A stretch of 64,000 nucleotides of DNA from an uncultured delta proteobacterium (lineage in GTDB: Bacteria > Desulfobacterota > Desulfuromonadia > Desulfuromonadales > JACZKF01), in contig CAWFKQ010000008.1 of assembly GCA_963816395.1 (NCBI GenBank), forward strand, positions 155,113 to 219,112, in the 5' to 3' direction. The translations under genes and the position numbers were made by a program. Under the pieces are notes generated by a model. That model was not told the origin of the DNA. It made no database searches and worked only from the letters and a program-made list of their open reading frames with translations. Each line of letters starts with the position of its first letter. Position 1 is the stretch's first letter. Shown here in pieces: positions 21,763-32,964 of this stretch.

Positions 21763-24700
21763 TCTTCGCTTACTCCCTGGGAAGATGCGTGCAGGACCTC
21801 CCGGATGCGGTTGGTCAGATCTTCGGAAGAAAACGGTTTTTGCAGGAAAACCGAGCCACTCGGCCAGGGTTCGTTGTAATGGCCGTGAAATTCGCCATAC
21901 CCGGACATGAAGATCACTTTCACCTCCGGCCGACTCTCTCGCAGTTTTCGCGCCAGTTCGAGTCCGCTCATGCCGGGCATGACCATGTCGGTGAGCAGCA
22001 GGTCGATTTTCGCTGTCTGCTCTGCCAACTCCATGGCTTTCTCCGGTCGATGGGTGGCGAGCACGGTAAAACCGCTCTCCTTGAGTATCCTGGCCGTCAA
22101 CTCCAGGACGCTTTCCTCATCCTCCACCAGCAGGACGGTCTCCCTGCCGGTGAAGGGCGGCAGCGGGTCAGCGGCAACTTCTCTTCTCCGGATAATTCAT
22201 CCACCCGCGGGAAAATAGATGCGGAACACGGTTCCTTGCCCCGGCAGGCTGTCGACGGTGATGTAGCCGCCACTCTGCTTGACGATGCCGTAGACGGTGG
22301 AGAGCCCCAGACCGGTGCCCTGCCCAAGCTCCTTGGTGGTGAAGAAAGGCTCGAAAACCCTGCTCCCGCACCTCCTCAGTCATGCCGCAGCCGGTATCGC
22401 TGCACCGCGAGCCTGACATAGCGGCCGACCCGAGCCCAGGGATGCGCTCGACAAAATGGCGATCGATGAGGTGATTGGCCGTCTCGATGGTAAGCCGCCC
22501 TCCGTCCGGCATGGCGTCCCGGGCATTGACCACCAGGTTGATGAGAATCTGTTCGATCTGCCCGGGATCGGCTTTCACCCGGTCCGAGGGCCATGGCCAG
22601 AGACCAGATCACCTCGATATCTTCCCGCACCAGGCGCAGCAGGATCTTGCGGAAACTGGCGATCGTCTCGCTCAGATCGAGCACGACCGGCTTCAGCACC
22701 TGCTGGCGGCTGAAGGCCAGCAGTTTGCCGGGTGAGAGTCGGCGGCCTTCTGCCCGGCATCCAGAATGGTTTCCGCGTCCTGCCGGTTTTCCTCGTCGTG
22801 ACGCGAGGGCCTTGACCAGCATGGAGCTGTAGCCGTTGATGACCGTCAGCAGGTTGTTGAAATCATGTGCCACGCCCCCGCCAGCTGACCGATCGCCTCG
22901 AACTTCTGCGCCGCGCGCAGGTGATCCGCCGCCTGCTGCCGGGCCTGTTCGGTACGCACGCTCTGCAGGATGAGGGCGGCGGTGGGGGCGAAGGCTTCCA
23001 TGTCCTGGCGGTCGAGATCGGTGAACCCATCCGGTTTGTCGAACAGCCCGATGATCCCCATGGGTTCGTCCGGCAATCTGGAGGGGGACCAGCAAGGCAC
23101 CGCCGGAATGGCCAGCGGCGCCGCAAAAAGGCGGTAACTGATCGCGCGGTCAGAGGGTGCACGCCGCCTGCGCACCTCGTTTGCCCGGGCGGCTCAGGGC
23201 CAGCAGACATCCTTCCAGCTTCCTGCCGGTTGGCGGTTTCAGCCGGCGGTCCCAGTCAGAGCCAGAAGCCGCGGGTTTTCTCCGGCTGTCGGCAAGAAAG
23301 CCGAGAGAGGTTTGCAGCAGGTCGGTGCAGTACTGGAGCCAGAATGTGGGCTACCGCCGGCAGGCTGCTGGTCTGCAAAAAGGTATGCAGGGCTTCGGTG
23401 CCGCCTTCCCGCAGGATGCGCCGGCGATACTCGCTTTCCTGCAGCTTCTTCTGCCCGCTGATGTCCTCCTGGATGGTGACGAAAGTGGGTGATGTCCTGG
23501 CGGTCGTTTAGAATGGGGAAGATGGCGGCCGCCGCCCAGTAAAGTTCACTATTTTTCTTCCGGTTGAGGAATTCCCCCTGCCAGACCCGGCCGGCGGTGA
23601 TCGTGTCCCACATGCTGCCGGTACTGTTTGGCTGAGGTCAAGCCGGATTTCAACAATCGGGGGGTCGCGCCGAGGGTCTCGGTCGGAGAAAAGCCGGTCA
23701 GGCGAGGTGAACCCGGGATTGACGAATTCGATGCGCCCGGCGGCATCGGTGATGATGATCGAACTGGGACTCTGCTCGATGGTGCGCGAAAGGACCTTTA
23801 ACTTATCCAGGGCCTCCCGGCGCTCGGTGATATCCATGGACGGTGCCGATGAAGCCGGCGAAGCGCCCCTCCAGATCGCAGAAGGGCCGGGCCATATCGA
23901 CCACCCAGCGGTATTGGCCGTCATGGCGGCGCAGCCGGTACTCCATGGAAAAGGATCGGCGCCCATTGAAGGAGTCCCGGTAGACTTCCACGACATTGCG
24001 CCTAGGTCGTCCGGATGCACCCCCTGCGCCCAGCCGTTGCCGAGTCTCCTCCTTCAGGGTGCGGCCGGTGAAATCGAGCCAGGTCTGATTGAAAAAATCG
24101 CACTTGCCATCGAGTCCGGCGCGCCAGATCAGGGTGGGGAACTCCTCGAAGAATCGACAGGTAGAAATCGCGCGACCGCTGCAGCTCCTGCTCCATCCGC
24201 TTGCGCTCGGAGAGATCGAGGATGAAAGCGACCGATTCCTGCCGCTCTTGGCCGATGAGCAGAAAACCGACGAGCGCCCAGACGCGCGGAGCCGTCTTGG
24301 CAGAGGTACTGCTTTTCGTAAGGGGTGCAGGTGCCGCGCCGCTTCGCCTCCGCGATAGCCTGCTGCGTCCAGAGGCAGAAATTCGGGCGGGGTGAGCCGA
24401 TCCCAGCGCATGCTGCCGCTGTCGCAGCTCGGCCCGCGCATAGCCGAGCATGTTGCAGGAAGCGGTCGTTGACTTTCAGGATGCGACCGTCGACATGGCC
24501 CATGAGGGTGCCGACGAGATCGGCTTCGAAAAAGGCGCGCAGTTGCTCTTCGCTCTGGCGCAGGCGTTCGGCCGCCTTCCGTCGCTCGCTGATATCTTCC
24601 ACTGTGCCGACATAACCGGCGGGGCTGCCGTCCGGGGCCGGCAGCAGGGAGGCGAGGGCACGGATCCAGCGGACACTGCCGTCCGGACGCAGCAGGCGGT

Positions 24701-26839
24701 GCTTCTTGCTGCATGGGGCGCCGGCCGCGGCGGCCTCCTGCCAGGCAGTCACAACGGCTGGAAGATCTTCGGGATGGATGGCTCGGCTCCAGTCGGTCCC
24801 CAGGTTTTCCTCCGCTGAGAGTCCGGCCAGGGACAACCAGATGGGGTTGCCATAGGTGCTCCGCCCCTCGCTGTCGCACAGGTAGATGCCGACGGGAGCC
24901 GCTTCGCACAGGGAGCGAAAACGCGTCTCGCTCTCCCGCAGGGCCTCTTCGGCTTTTCGGCGGTCGCTGAGATCCTGCAGGGTTTCGACCACCGCGACCA
25001 TCTTTCCTCGGCGGTTGCGGATCGGGGCGGCGGTGAAAAAGAGATAACGCTTCTCAGCGTTGGCAGGTGGTCAAACCACCTCTCGGCCTGCAGTCCGGCC
25101 GGATCCATGGCCGAGCGCTGCAGCTTGGGCGTAGAAGGCGCCGGCATCTCCGGGCTGCGCCCATCCAGGACGAGATCGGCCAGGCAAGGGCGGCGCTGGT
25201 CGTAGAAGGCCCGCCAGTGATTGGCCGTGCCGACCATCTCGGCGGCGTTTTTACCGGTCAGTTCCTCGCACGCCCGGTTCCACAGCAGCACCCGGTTTTT
25301 CCGGTCGATGAACAAATCCGGCGATGGGGGAATTCTGCAGCAGGCTCTCCGAGAATTCCTTCGCCTCGGCGAGGGCCCGCTCCCCCTGCTTGCGGTCGCT
25401 GATATCGAGAAAGGCGCCGATCAGGCCGGCCGTCTCGCCGTCTGTGAGTTGAGAAGGGGGCTTTGAACACGATGAGATCGCGCACGGGGCCGCTGGCGGG
25501 CGCCGCTTCGTGTTTCGTAGATCTGCACCGCTTTGCCGCGAAAAGATCGGCATCGGACTGACGGAAATGTTCCGCCTGGCGGGCGGATACCCACGTCCTC
25601 GGCCGTTCGCCCGATCAACTCTTCCCGCTGCCGGCCGCTGAAGTTCTCGAAGGCGGTGTTACAGCCGAGGTAGTTGCCGGCGGTGTTCTTGATATAAACC
25701 GGAATGGGGAGAGTATCGAAGAGTACCTGGTGGAACAGGAGGTTGTCCTGCAGCGCCCTCTTGCGGCCTTCCGTCTCCTCCAGGAGGTGATTGAACGCCC
25801 CGGCCAGGACGCCGATCTCGTCCCGGGTCTTCAGCTGGATGGGAGAACGGTCCTGCTCTTTCCGGGTCATGCTCCGCACCCGATTGGTGAAATGCAGCAG
25901 GGGCAAGGTCAGGTGCCGCATCATCAGCCAGGTGGTCAGGAGAGAGAGGAGAGTTCCGGCGGCGAGGACGATAAGGAGGTAGCGCCTGGCGGGTACCGAT
26001 GGGGGCGAAAGCTTCGTCGATGGGGTAGCTCGCCGATAAAATCCAGTTTTTACTACGCAGAAGCTTGAAGGAGCTGAAAACCTTCTGGCCGGTAGGTGGT
26101 GATCGTTTCCCCGGTCCCTCAAAGCCCGCGATAGCCGAGTCGAACAAACGGTTGGCGCCGATCGCCGGGACATCCCGCCGGAGGATCCGGCTGGGGTCGG
26201 GGTGCAGGATGATCGTCCGGTCGCGGCCGTACAGGTAAACAGAAGCCGCCGCTGCCGAGATGCAGTTTCCGCCAACCGGGCGAGGAAAGTTATCCCCGAG
26301 CAGGTCGATGGCGCCGCCAAGAATGGCCTGCAGCTTTCCGCGATCGTCGAAAACCGGAGCAGTGAACATCACGATCGGATGGCCACTTCTTCCGGACGGA
26401 AATGAAAGGGTCGGAGATCTGCGGCTGACCGCTGGCGCAGCGTCTTCTGGAAATAGGGCCGAAAAGAGAAATCCCGCCCCAGCATCTCCGGCTCTTCAGG
26501 GTAGAGGGCGAGCAGAACGCCGGTCGGGGAGTAGAGCGCCAGGGCCTCATCGAAGAGCGGCTCGGAATCCTTCTGGGCCGCCAGATAGGTGCGCATGGCG
26601 GCCGGATCTCCGGTGGGAATGGTACTGGCGAAGGCGACCAGTTCCTTCTGTGCCAGGCGCATTTTACCGTCGATCTCATCGGCGAACATCGACACCAGGG
26701 CAAACTGCTCGCGAGCGATGCTGTCACGAATAGTTTTTTTGCAGATCAGGTCGGCAAAGAAGACCATTACCGCTAAGAGAAAAACCACCAGCAGGGCGAC
26801 GGCGCAGGTCATCTTGGTTTTCAGGCTGAGAGGGTGCAT
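21759..26839 (-). CDS. Large hybrid sensor kinase (TM-Cache-HAMP-multiple PAS-GAF-HisKA-HATPase-receiver), many frameshifts
   Basis: Two TM segments, [15 protein letters not shown], several PAS/PAC fragments ([17 protein letters not shown]), [42 protein letters not shown]. Confidence 0.8.
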
Positions 26840-27265
26840 CAAACCTCCGGAATGGCCAAAAGGACCAGGTCGCGAGGAAGAACCAGGCTGGAGCCGGCAA
26901 GCCGGCCTAAATGGGCGGCAAACTGGCTCGGCTTTAGCTGCGGGAGCCAGGTAAGATCATGTTGTACAGTCAAAATTCGCTCCTTAAATACACTTTTTCT
27001 GACCTCTCGCCAACTAAAAAGGCGGGTGAGGATTGTCGATAGAAGCGCTGCGGTTTTCGACCGCTTTTCGGGACATTGGCGGTTGACAGGCCACATTTTG
27101 GCTTTACATTGATGAGGACCGTTTCCATTCGGCTGCTTCATCCGGCCCGACTCCCTGGTCGACGCACGGAGAAGGTCGTCGCGCCCAAAAACTGCTGCCA
27201 GTGGATGATGATGGGACCCGGGCACCGGCCGAGACGGCAAATGCCCTTGACGAAAGGGAAAGTTC

Positions 27266-27439
27266 ATGGCTATTTCGACGGAAATCGACAAGATCAGGGA
27301 TGCGATCAAACAGGTTGAGGACCCGGCGGTTGCCATGGCCCTCCGTCATGTCTGCAAGGCACTGGAAGGGATTCGCGAGGGAGAGGGGATGCCGGCGGCG
27401 GAGCCGCCAAGGGAAAGAAAGGGAGAAGTGCCGCACTAG
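27266..27439 (+). CDS. Small hypothetical protein (57 aa), below the ORF track cut-off
   Basis: AAAGGGA RBS; MAISTEIDKIRDAIKQVEDPAVAMALRHVCKALEGIREG...EVPH*. Confidence 0.5.
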   Translation: MAISTEIDKIRDAIKQVEDPAVAMALRHVCKALEGIREGEGMPAAEPPRERKGEVPH

Positions 27440-27449
27440 AAAAACAGAT

Positions 27450-27510
27450 CAGTGAGATAGTAAGTAGTGAGAAAGTAAATACTGACTATCTCACTATCTG
27501 ACTACCTCGC
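27450..27510. repeat. Octamer-type repeat, copy 2 (inverted pair between convergent genes)
   Basis: CAGTGAGATAGTAAGTAGTGAG ... CTGACTATCTCACTATCTGACTACCTCGC. Confidence 0.6.
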
Positions 27511-27516
27511 TGCTTT

Positions 27517-28479
27517 TTAGATTCCGAGTATGCCCGCCAGGCGCAGAATCATAGCGTCGAGCGGGCGCTGCCCGGCCGCGAAGACCGCCTCCAGGTCAGT
27601 CAGTTGGACGCCGCCGTTGAGCAGCCCGACCATTTTCGCCGACTCCCCCCGCAGCAGCGCCTCGACTGCGGCGACCCCGAACCGCGATGCCAACTGCCGA
27701 TCGAGAAAGGACGGGGAACCGCCGCGCTGGTAGTGGCCGAGGACCATGATGCGCGTATCGAAGCCGATCCTGTCCTTGATCTGATCGGCTACCTCCTGGG
27801 CTCGCCCGGCTCCTTCGGCAACCATGATCAACGAATTGTCGCGACCCTCCTGAAAGCGTCGGTGCAGGACCCGGCAGATCTCATCGAGGTGGAAGGGGAA
27901 CTCGGGGATTATGGCGAACTCGGCGCCGCAGGCGACGCTCGCCGCCATGGCCAGAAAACCGCAGTTGCGCCCCATGGTTTCCACCACGAAGGTGCGGTCG
28001 TGGGAGGACGCCGTGTCTTTGAGGCAATCGACGGCGTAGACGATATTGTTCAGGGCCGTATCGACCCCCAGGGCCAGTTCGGTGAAGGGCAGGTCATTGT
28101 CGATGGAGGCGGGGATGCCGATTACCCGTACTCCCAGACGGTGCAAAGCGAGACCGCCGTGCAGGGAACCGTCGCCGCCGATCACCACCAGTCCCTCGAT
28201 GCCTCTCTCCCTGAGGTTGGCGGCGGCTTTCCGCTGGCCAGCCGTCTCATGCATCTCCAGGCAGCGGGCGCTGTGCAGAATGGTGCCGCCCCGCTGCAGA
28301 ATATTGCTGACGGTGAGGGTGTTCATCGGCAGAAAATCCCCCTCGATGAGGCCCCGGTAGCCCTTCTCCACCCCCGTCACCTGGCAGCCCGCGCCCAACG
28401 CGGCCCTGACCACTGCCCGGAGGGTAGCATTCATTCCTGAACAGTCGCCGCCGCTGGTCAGTACCCCGATTCGTTTCAT
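27517..28479 (-). CDS. pfkA: ATP-dependent 6-phosphofructokinase
   Basis: MKRIGVLTSGGD, IGGDGS, PASIDND, VETMGR and LGHYQRGG motifs. Confidence 0.93.
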   Translation of the reverse strand: MKRIGVLTSGGDCSGMNATLRAVVRAALGAGCQVTGVEKGYRGLIEGDFLPMNTLTVSNILQRGGTILHSARCLEMHETAGQRKAAANLRERGIEGLVVIGGDGSLHGGLALHRLGVRVIGIPASIDNDLPFTELALGVDTALNNIVYAVDCLKDTASSHDRTFVVETMGRNCGFLAMAASVACGAEFAIIPEFPFHLDEICRVLHRRFQEGRDNSLIMVAEGAGRAQEVADQIKDRIGFDTRIMVLGHYQRGGSPSFLDRQLASRFGVAAVEALLRGESAKMVGLLNGGVQLTDLEAVFAAGQRPLDAMILRLAGILGI

Positions 28480-28646
28480 TGGCGTCTCCTTCCTGTCTGC
28501 TCGCACCCGCCCGGCTGGCCGGGAAGCCATAAAAGATCGATTTAATCATCCCTCCGGAGCTTTGTCAAAGCGAATTATCCCTTGTCTTGACTCCCCTTTG
28601 GCGACTGCTATGCTTTTCGAGATCGCAAGATTTGGAGGAAGAACAG

Positions 28647-28877
28647 ATGAACCAGATTGCCCTGGAAGAGCGGCTCACCCGCCTGCAGAACGAGATCCGT
28701 CTGGGGGGCTCGGAGATTGAGCAGCGGTATCTGGAATTGCGGGCGGATCTTGACCGGCTGCGCCTGGAGGTGGCCGCCATCAAGAAGTTCCTCGGCGCCG
28801 CTTTCCCGGCATTTAGCGAACAGTTCCCGCGGATTCTGGCGCAGACCATCGAGGAAGTGAACCCGGAGTTCGAGTGA
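28647..28877 (+). CDS. Small coiled-coil hypothetical protein upstream of lon
   Basis: GGAGG RBS; 76-aa amphipathic ORF. Confidence 0.6.
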   Translation: MNQIALEERLTRLQNEIRLGGSEIEQRYLELRADLDRLRLEVAAIKKFLGAAFPAFSEQFPRILAQTIEEVNPEFE

Positions 28878-28893
28878 CCCCGGAGGAGATCTC

Positions 28894-31305
28894 ATGTACA
28901 ACCGCCCTCTGACTCTCCCTACCACTGTGCCGATCTACCCCATGCGCGAGCAGGTGGTCTTTCCGCATATGGTCTTCCCTTTGTTCGTGCCGCCGGGAGG
29001 GTTGGCGGCAATCGAGGAAGGGATGCGCGGCGAGCACATGGTGGGACTGGTCGCCGCTCCCGACAGCGATTCCCCCTGCCGTTTCGAACAGTTGGCTCGG
29101 GTCGGCACCATCTGCCGGATCAACCAGATCTTCCGCTTCCCGGAAGGGGGAGGGAAGGTGGTGGTCGAAGGTCTGCAGCGCATTCGCCTCCTCACCGCCA
29201 CCCAGCGGACCCCCTTTTTTATCGCCCGGGTCGAACCCGTGCAGGAAAAGGATAGCCGGGGGCTGGTCGCCGAGGCGCTGGTGCAGAGCGTCAATGCCCT
29301 GCTGAAGATCGCCCTCGCTTACGGCCGGCCCTTGCCCGGGGACGTGATCAAGATGATCGACCAGATCGAGGACCCCGGCCGCCTTGCCGACCTGGTGGCG
29401 GTCTATCTCAATCTGGAGCTGAAAAGCCAACAGCGGTTGCTGGAAATCCTCGATCCCCTGGAGCGGCTGAAGGAGGTGTATCTCCATCTCACCGGCGAGG
29501 TGCAGAAACTGCAGGTGCGCGGCGAGGTGCAGACCGAAGTAGCCAAACGGGTCAACAAGACGCAGAAGGAATACCTGCTGCGCGAGCAGCTCAAGCAGAT
29601 CCAGGATGAACTCGGCGAGGAGGACCCGCGGCAGGTGGAGACCAACGAATTCCGCGGCCGCATCATTCGCGCCGGCATGCCGGAGAACGTCCGCGGCATT
29701 GCCGAGAAGGAGCTCGCCCGCCTGGAACGCATCAATCCCTCCTCGCCGGAGTACACCGTTTCCCGCACCTATCTGGAGTATCTGTGCGGCGCACCCTGGA
29801 CCCAGGGCACGGAGGACAACCTGGACATCAACCAGGCGCAGCAGGTGCTGGATGAAGATCATTACGATCTCAAGGAGGTCAAGGAACGCATTCTGGAGTA
29901 CCTGGCGGTACGCTCCCTGAAGAAGTCCTCGAAAGGTCCCATCCTCTGCTTCGTCGGCCCGCCAGGGGTGGGAAAGACCTCTCTCGGCCGTTCCATCGCC
30001 CGGGCCATGGGGCGCAAGTTCATCCGCATTTCTCTGGGCGGGATGAAGGATGAGGCGGAGATCCGCGGTCACCGACGCACTTACATCGGCGCCCTGCCGG
30101 GGCGGATCATCCAGGACATCTGCCGGGCCGAGGCCAACAACCCGGTCTTCATGCTCGACGAGGTGGACAAGATCGGCCAGGATTTCCGCGGCGATCCTGC
30201 ATCGGCCCTGCTGGAAGTCCTGGACCCGGAGCAAAACCACTCCTTCACCGACCACTATCTGGACGTTCCCTTTGACCTCTCCAAGGTGATGTTCATCACC
30301 ACCGCCAACATCATCGATCCAATCCCGCACGCCCTGCGCGACCGGATGGAGGTCCTCCATCTCTCCGGCTACAGTGACGAGGAGAAGAAGCAGATCGCCT
30401 TCAAGTACCTGATTCCAAAGCAGTTGCAGGAGAACGGTCTGGAAGGGCAGCCGGTCGTCTTCGATGCACCGGGCGTGCTGAAGATCATTCAGGATTACAC
30501 CCGGGAGGCCGGAGTGCGCAACCTGGAACGGCAGCTTGCCTCGATCTGCCGCAAGATCGCCAAGGAAATCACCCAGAGCAAACCGCCCCGGCAAAGGGTG
30601 ACGCCGGCCGACGTGGAGAGCCTGCTCGGGCCGCGCAAGTTCTTTTCCGATGTCGCCGGCGAGGAGGACCGCATCGGGGTAGCGACCGGCCTCGCCTGGA
30701 CCGAGGCAGGGGGTGATATCTTGTTCGTCGAGGCGTCGCGGATGAACGGCAAGAAGGAATTTCTCCTGACCGGCAGTCTGGGAGAGGTCATGCAGGAGTC
30801 GGCCAAGGCCGCGCTCTCCTTCGTGCGCGCCCATGCCGCCGATTTCGGCATCGAGTCCGATTTCTTCGAGAAGAGCGATATTCATATCCATGTCCCGGCC
30901 GGCGCGATCCCCAAAGACGGTCCGTCGGCCGGCGTTACCATTGCCGCCGCCCTGATCTCCCTCTTTACCGGCCGTCCTGCCCGACGCGATGTGGCGATGA
31001 CCGGAGAACTGACTCTCTCGGGGCGGATTCTGCCGATCGGCGGCGTCAAGGAGAAAGTGCTGGCCGCCCGCCGGGCGGGGGTATCCACCATCCTGCTGCC
31101 GGCCCGCAACCGGGAGAACCTGCAGGACATTGACGATTATCTCCTCGAAAGCGTCACCGTAAAGTTTATCGATTCCCTGCGCGAGGTGGTCGAGTATGCT
31201 CTCCTCCCCGCCCGCAGCGGCCGTTCCCAGGAAATTTTCCATCCCTCCTACAGCAGCGTTCGGTCGGAACGGGAACCCGGCAATCCTTCCGGCGTAAGGT
31301 CCTGA
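28894..31305 (+). CDS. lon: ATP-dependent protease La
   Basis: [35 protein letters not shown] (catalytic Ser), GGVKEK (catalytic Lys). Confidence 0.95.
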   Translation: MYNRPLTLPTTVPIYPMREQVVFPHMVFPLFVPPGGLAAIEEGMRGEHMVGLVAAPDSDSPCRFEQLARVGTICRINQIFRFPEGGGKVVVEGLQRIRLLTATQRTPFFIARVEPVQEKDSRGLVAEALVQSVNALLKIALAYGRPLPGDVIKMIDQIEDPGRLADLVAVYLNLELKSQQRLLEILDPLERLKEVYLHLTGEVQKLQVRGEVQTEVAKRVNKTQKEYLLREQLKQIQDELGEEDPRQVETNEFRGRIIRAGMPENVRGIAEKELARLERINPSSPEYTVSRTYLEYLCGAPWTQGTEDNLDINQAQQVLDEDHYDLKEVKERILEYLAVRSLKKSSKGPILCFVGPPGVGKTSLGRSIARAMGRKFIRISLGGMKDEAEIRGHRRTYIGALPGRIIQDICRAEANNPVFMLDEVDKIGQDFRGDPASALLEVLDPEQNHSFTDHYLDVPFDLSKVMFITTANIIDPIPHALRDRMEVLHLSGYSDEEKKQIAFKYLIPKQLQENGLEGQPVVFDAPGVLKIIQDYTREAGVRNLERQLASICRKIAKEITQSKPPRQRVTPADVESLLGPRKFFSDVAGEEDRIGVATGLAWTEAGGDILFVEASRMNGKKEFLLTGSLGEVMQESAKAALSFVRAHAADFGIESDFFEKSDIHIHVPAGAIPKDGPSAGVTIAAALISLFTGRPARRDVAMTGELTLSGRILPIGGVKEKVLAARRAGVSTILLPARNRENLQDIDDYLLESVTVKFIDSLREVVEYALLPARSGRSQEIFHPSYSSVRSEREPGNPSGVRS

Positions 31306-31410
31306 TTGCCCCGGTGATCTCTTGCGCGGTCCCAGAGGGATTGCGGAAATGAGACCGCCCGGGTAAGATGACCAGAAATTCGGCCTGCGCCCGTCACGTG
31401 AGGACAGTTA

Positions 31411-32964
31411 ATGCAAAGATATTTTTTTCATCGCTTTCTCCTGCTGCCGCTGTTTCTGCTCCTGCTGGTGCCGCCGGCGGCGGCGCAGAAGCTGGAAGAG
31501 AAAGTCCATCAGCATACCTTCGCCAACGGACTGCAGTTGCTGGTCGTCGAGCGCCATGAGGCGCCCACCTTTGCCGCCTACATCACCATCAAGGTCGGCT
31601 CGGTGGACGAGACCAGCAGAGTTCGCGGGGTCGCGCACCTGCTCGAGCACATGATGTTCAAGGGGACGAAAACCATCGGCACTACCAATTGGCAGGAGGA
31701 AAAGCCGATCCTGGAGAAGATCGTCAAGGTCGGCTCCGAGCTCGACCTGCTGCAAGAGCAGCCGGACGCCGATCCGCAGCGGCTTGCCGAGCTGCGCCGG
31801 CAGTTGAACGAGCTGCAGGCGCAGGAGCGCAAGTACATCGTCAAGGACGAGTTCTCCCGCATCTACGGCGAGAACGGCGGTGTCGGCTTCAACGCCTTCA
31901 CCACCAGGGACCTGACCACCTATGTCGTTTCCCTGCCGGCCAACAAGCTCGAACTCTGGGCGGCGATCGAGTCGGATCGCATGCAGAATGCCGTGCTGCG
32001 CGAGTTCTACACGGAGCGGGAAGTGGTCATGGAGGAGCGCCGCCGCTCCTACGACAGCGACCCGAACGGCACCCTGTATGAGAACCTGATCGCCAACGCC
32101 TTCATCATGCACCCTTACCGCCATCCGACCATCGGCTGGATGTCCGACGTGCAGAATCTCACTTTTGATGAGACGAGCAATTTCCTGCACAGCTACTATG
32201 CCCCGGTGAACGCGGTTATTGCCCTGGTGGGCGATATCGATACGGAAAAGGCGGTGCAGGTGGTGGAGAAGTATTTCGGCCAGATCCCGCCGGGAAAACC
32301 GGTGCCGCCGGTCGTCGCCGATGAGCCGCCGCAGAGAGGGGAGAAGCGCGTCGCCATCGATTTCGATGCCGAGCCGCAGCTCGCCATCGCCTATCACAAA
32401 CCGACTCTGCCGGCGCAGGACGACTATGTTTTCGACCTCATCGACCTAATCCTCGCCGGCGGACGCACCAGCCGCCTCTATCAGTCGCTGGTGGTCAAGC
32501 AGGGACTGGCCACCGCGGTGAGCACCTCCGGTGCTCCGGGCGCCCGTTATCCCAATCTCTTCATGATCAGCGCCGTTCCCCGTTATCCCCATACCACCCA
32601 GGAGGTGGAGCAGGCGATCTACCGGGAACTGGACCGCCTGGGGCGAGAGCCGGTACCGCCGGAGGAGATGCAAAAAGCCCTCAACCGCCTGCGCACCGAC
32701 CGCCTGCGCTACTTGCAGGAGGATAACGGCCTGGCCCGCATGCTGACTTACTATCAGACGGTCGCCGGCGACTGGCGATACCTGGTGACCTACGATGAGG
32801 TCGTCTCCAAGATCACCGCCGACAAGGTGATGCAGGTCGCCGCCCAGTATTTCCGCCCGGAAAACCGCACGGTGGCGATTCTGCACCGGACGGAAACCGG
32901 AGGGGAAACGGCGCAGAAGGCGCCGCTGGGAGGATATAAAGGGGCAGAAGGGGGAAAACCATGA
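31411..32964 (+). CDS. M16 zinc peptidase, catalytic subunit, exported
   Basis: Signal peptide; HLLEHMMFKGT. Confidence 0.88.
   Translation: MQRYFFHRFLLLPLFLLLLVPPAAAQKLEEKVHQHTFANGLQLLVVERHEAPTFAAYITIKVGSVDETSRVRGVAHLLEHMMFKGTKTIGTTNWQEEKPILEKIVKVGSELDLLQEQPDADPQRLAELRRQLNELQAQERKYIVKDEFSRIYGENGGVGFNAFTTRDLTTYVVSLPANKLELWAAIESDRMQNAVLREFYTEREVVMEERRRSYDSDPNGTLYENLIANAFIMHPYRHPTIGWMSDVQNLTFDETSNFLHSYYAPVNAVIALVGDIDTEKAVQVVEKYFGQIPPGKPVPPVVADEPPQRGEKRVAIDFDAEPQLAIAYHKPTLPAQDDYVFDLIDLILAGGRTSRLYQSLVVKQGLATAVSTSGAPGARYPNLFMISAVPRYPHTTQEVEQAIYRELDRLGREPVPPEEMQKALNRLRTDRLRYLQEDNGLARMLTYYQTVAGDWRYLVTYDEVVSKITADKVMQVAAQYFRPENRTVAILHRTETGGETAQKAPLGGYKGAEGGKP

Noticed and set aside
1..26839. Mass pseudogenisation or programmed frameshifting of hsdR, M16 peptidase, hypF and signalling genes
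   Set aside because: Breaks are mostly 1-nt indels with motifs intact on both sides and few in-frame stops, and they also hit ordinary genes (yaeQ, marC, lpxH). This fits long-read consensus error better.
26860..26955. Possible c-di-GMP-I (GEMM) riboswitch upstream of the hybrid kinase
   Set aside because: GGCAAAC and GGCCTAAA fragments are present but in the wrong order, on the strand opposite the kinase, and lack the GAAA tetraloop/receptor layout. An Infernal scan with RF01051 would settle it.
28813..31242. Long antisense ORFs (809 aa opposite lon, 769 aa opposite the helicase and others)
   Set aside because: Typical shadow ORFs of high-GC coding sequence with no recognisable motifs.
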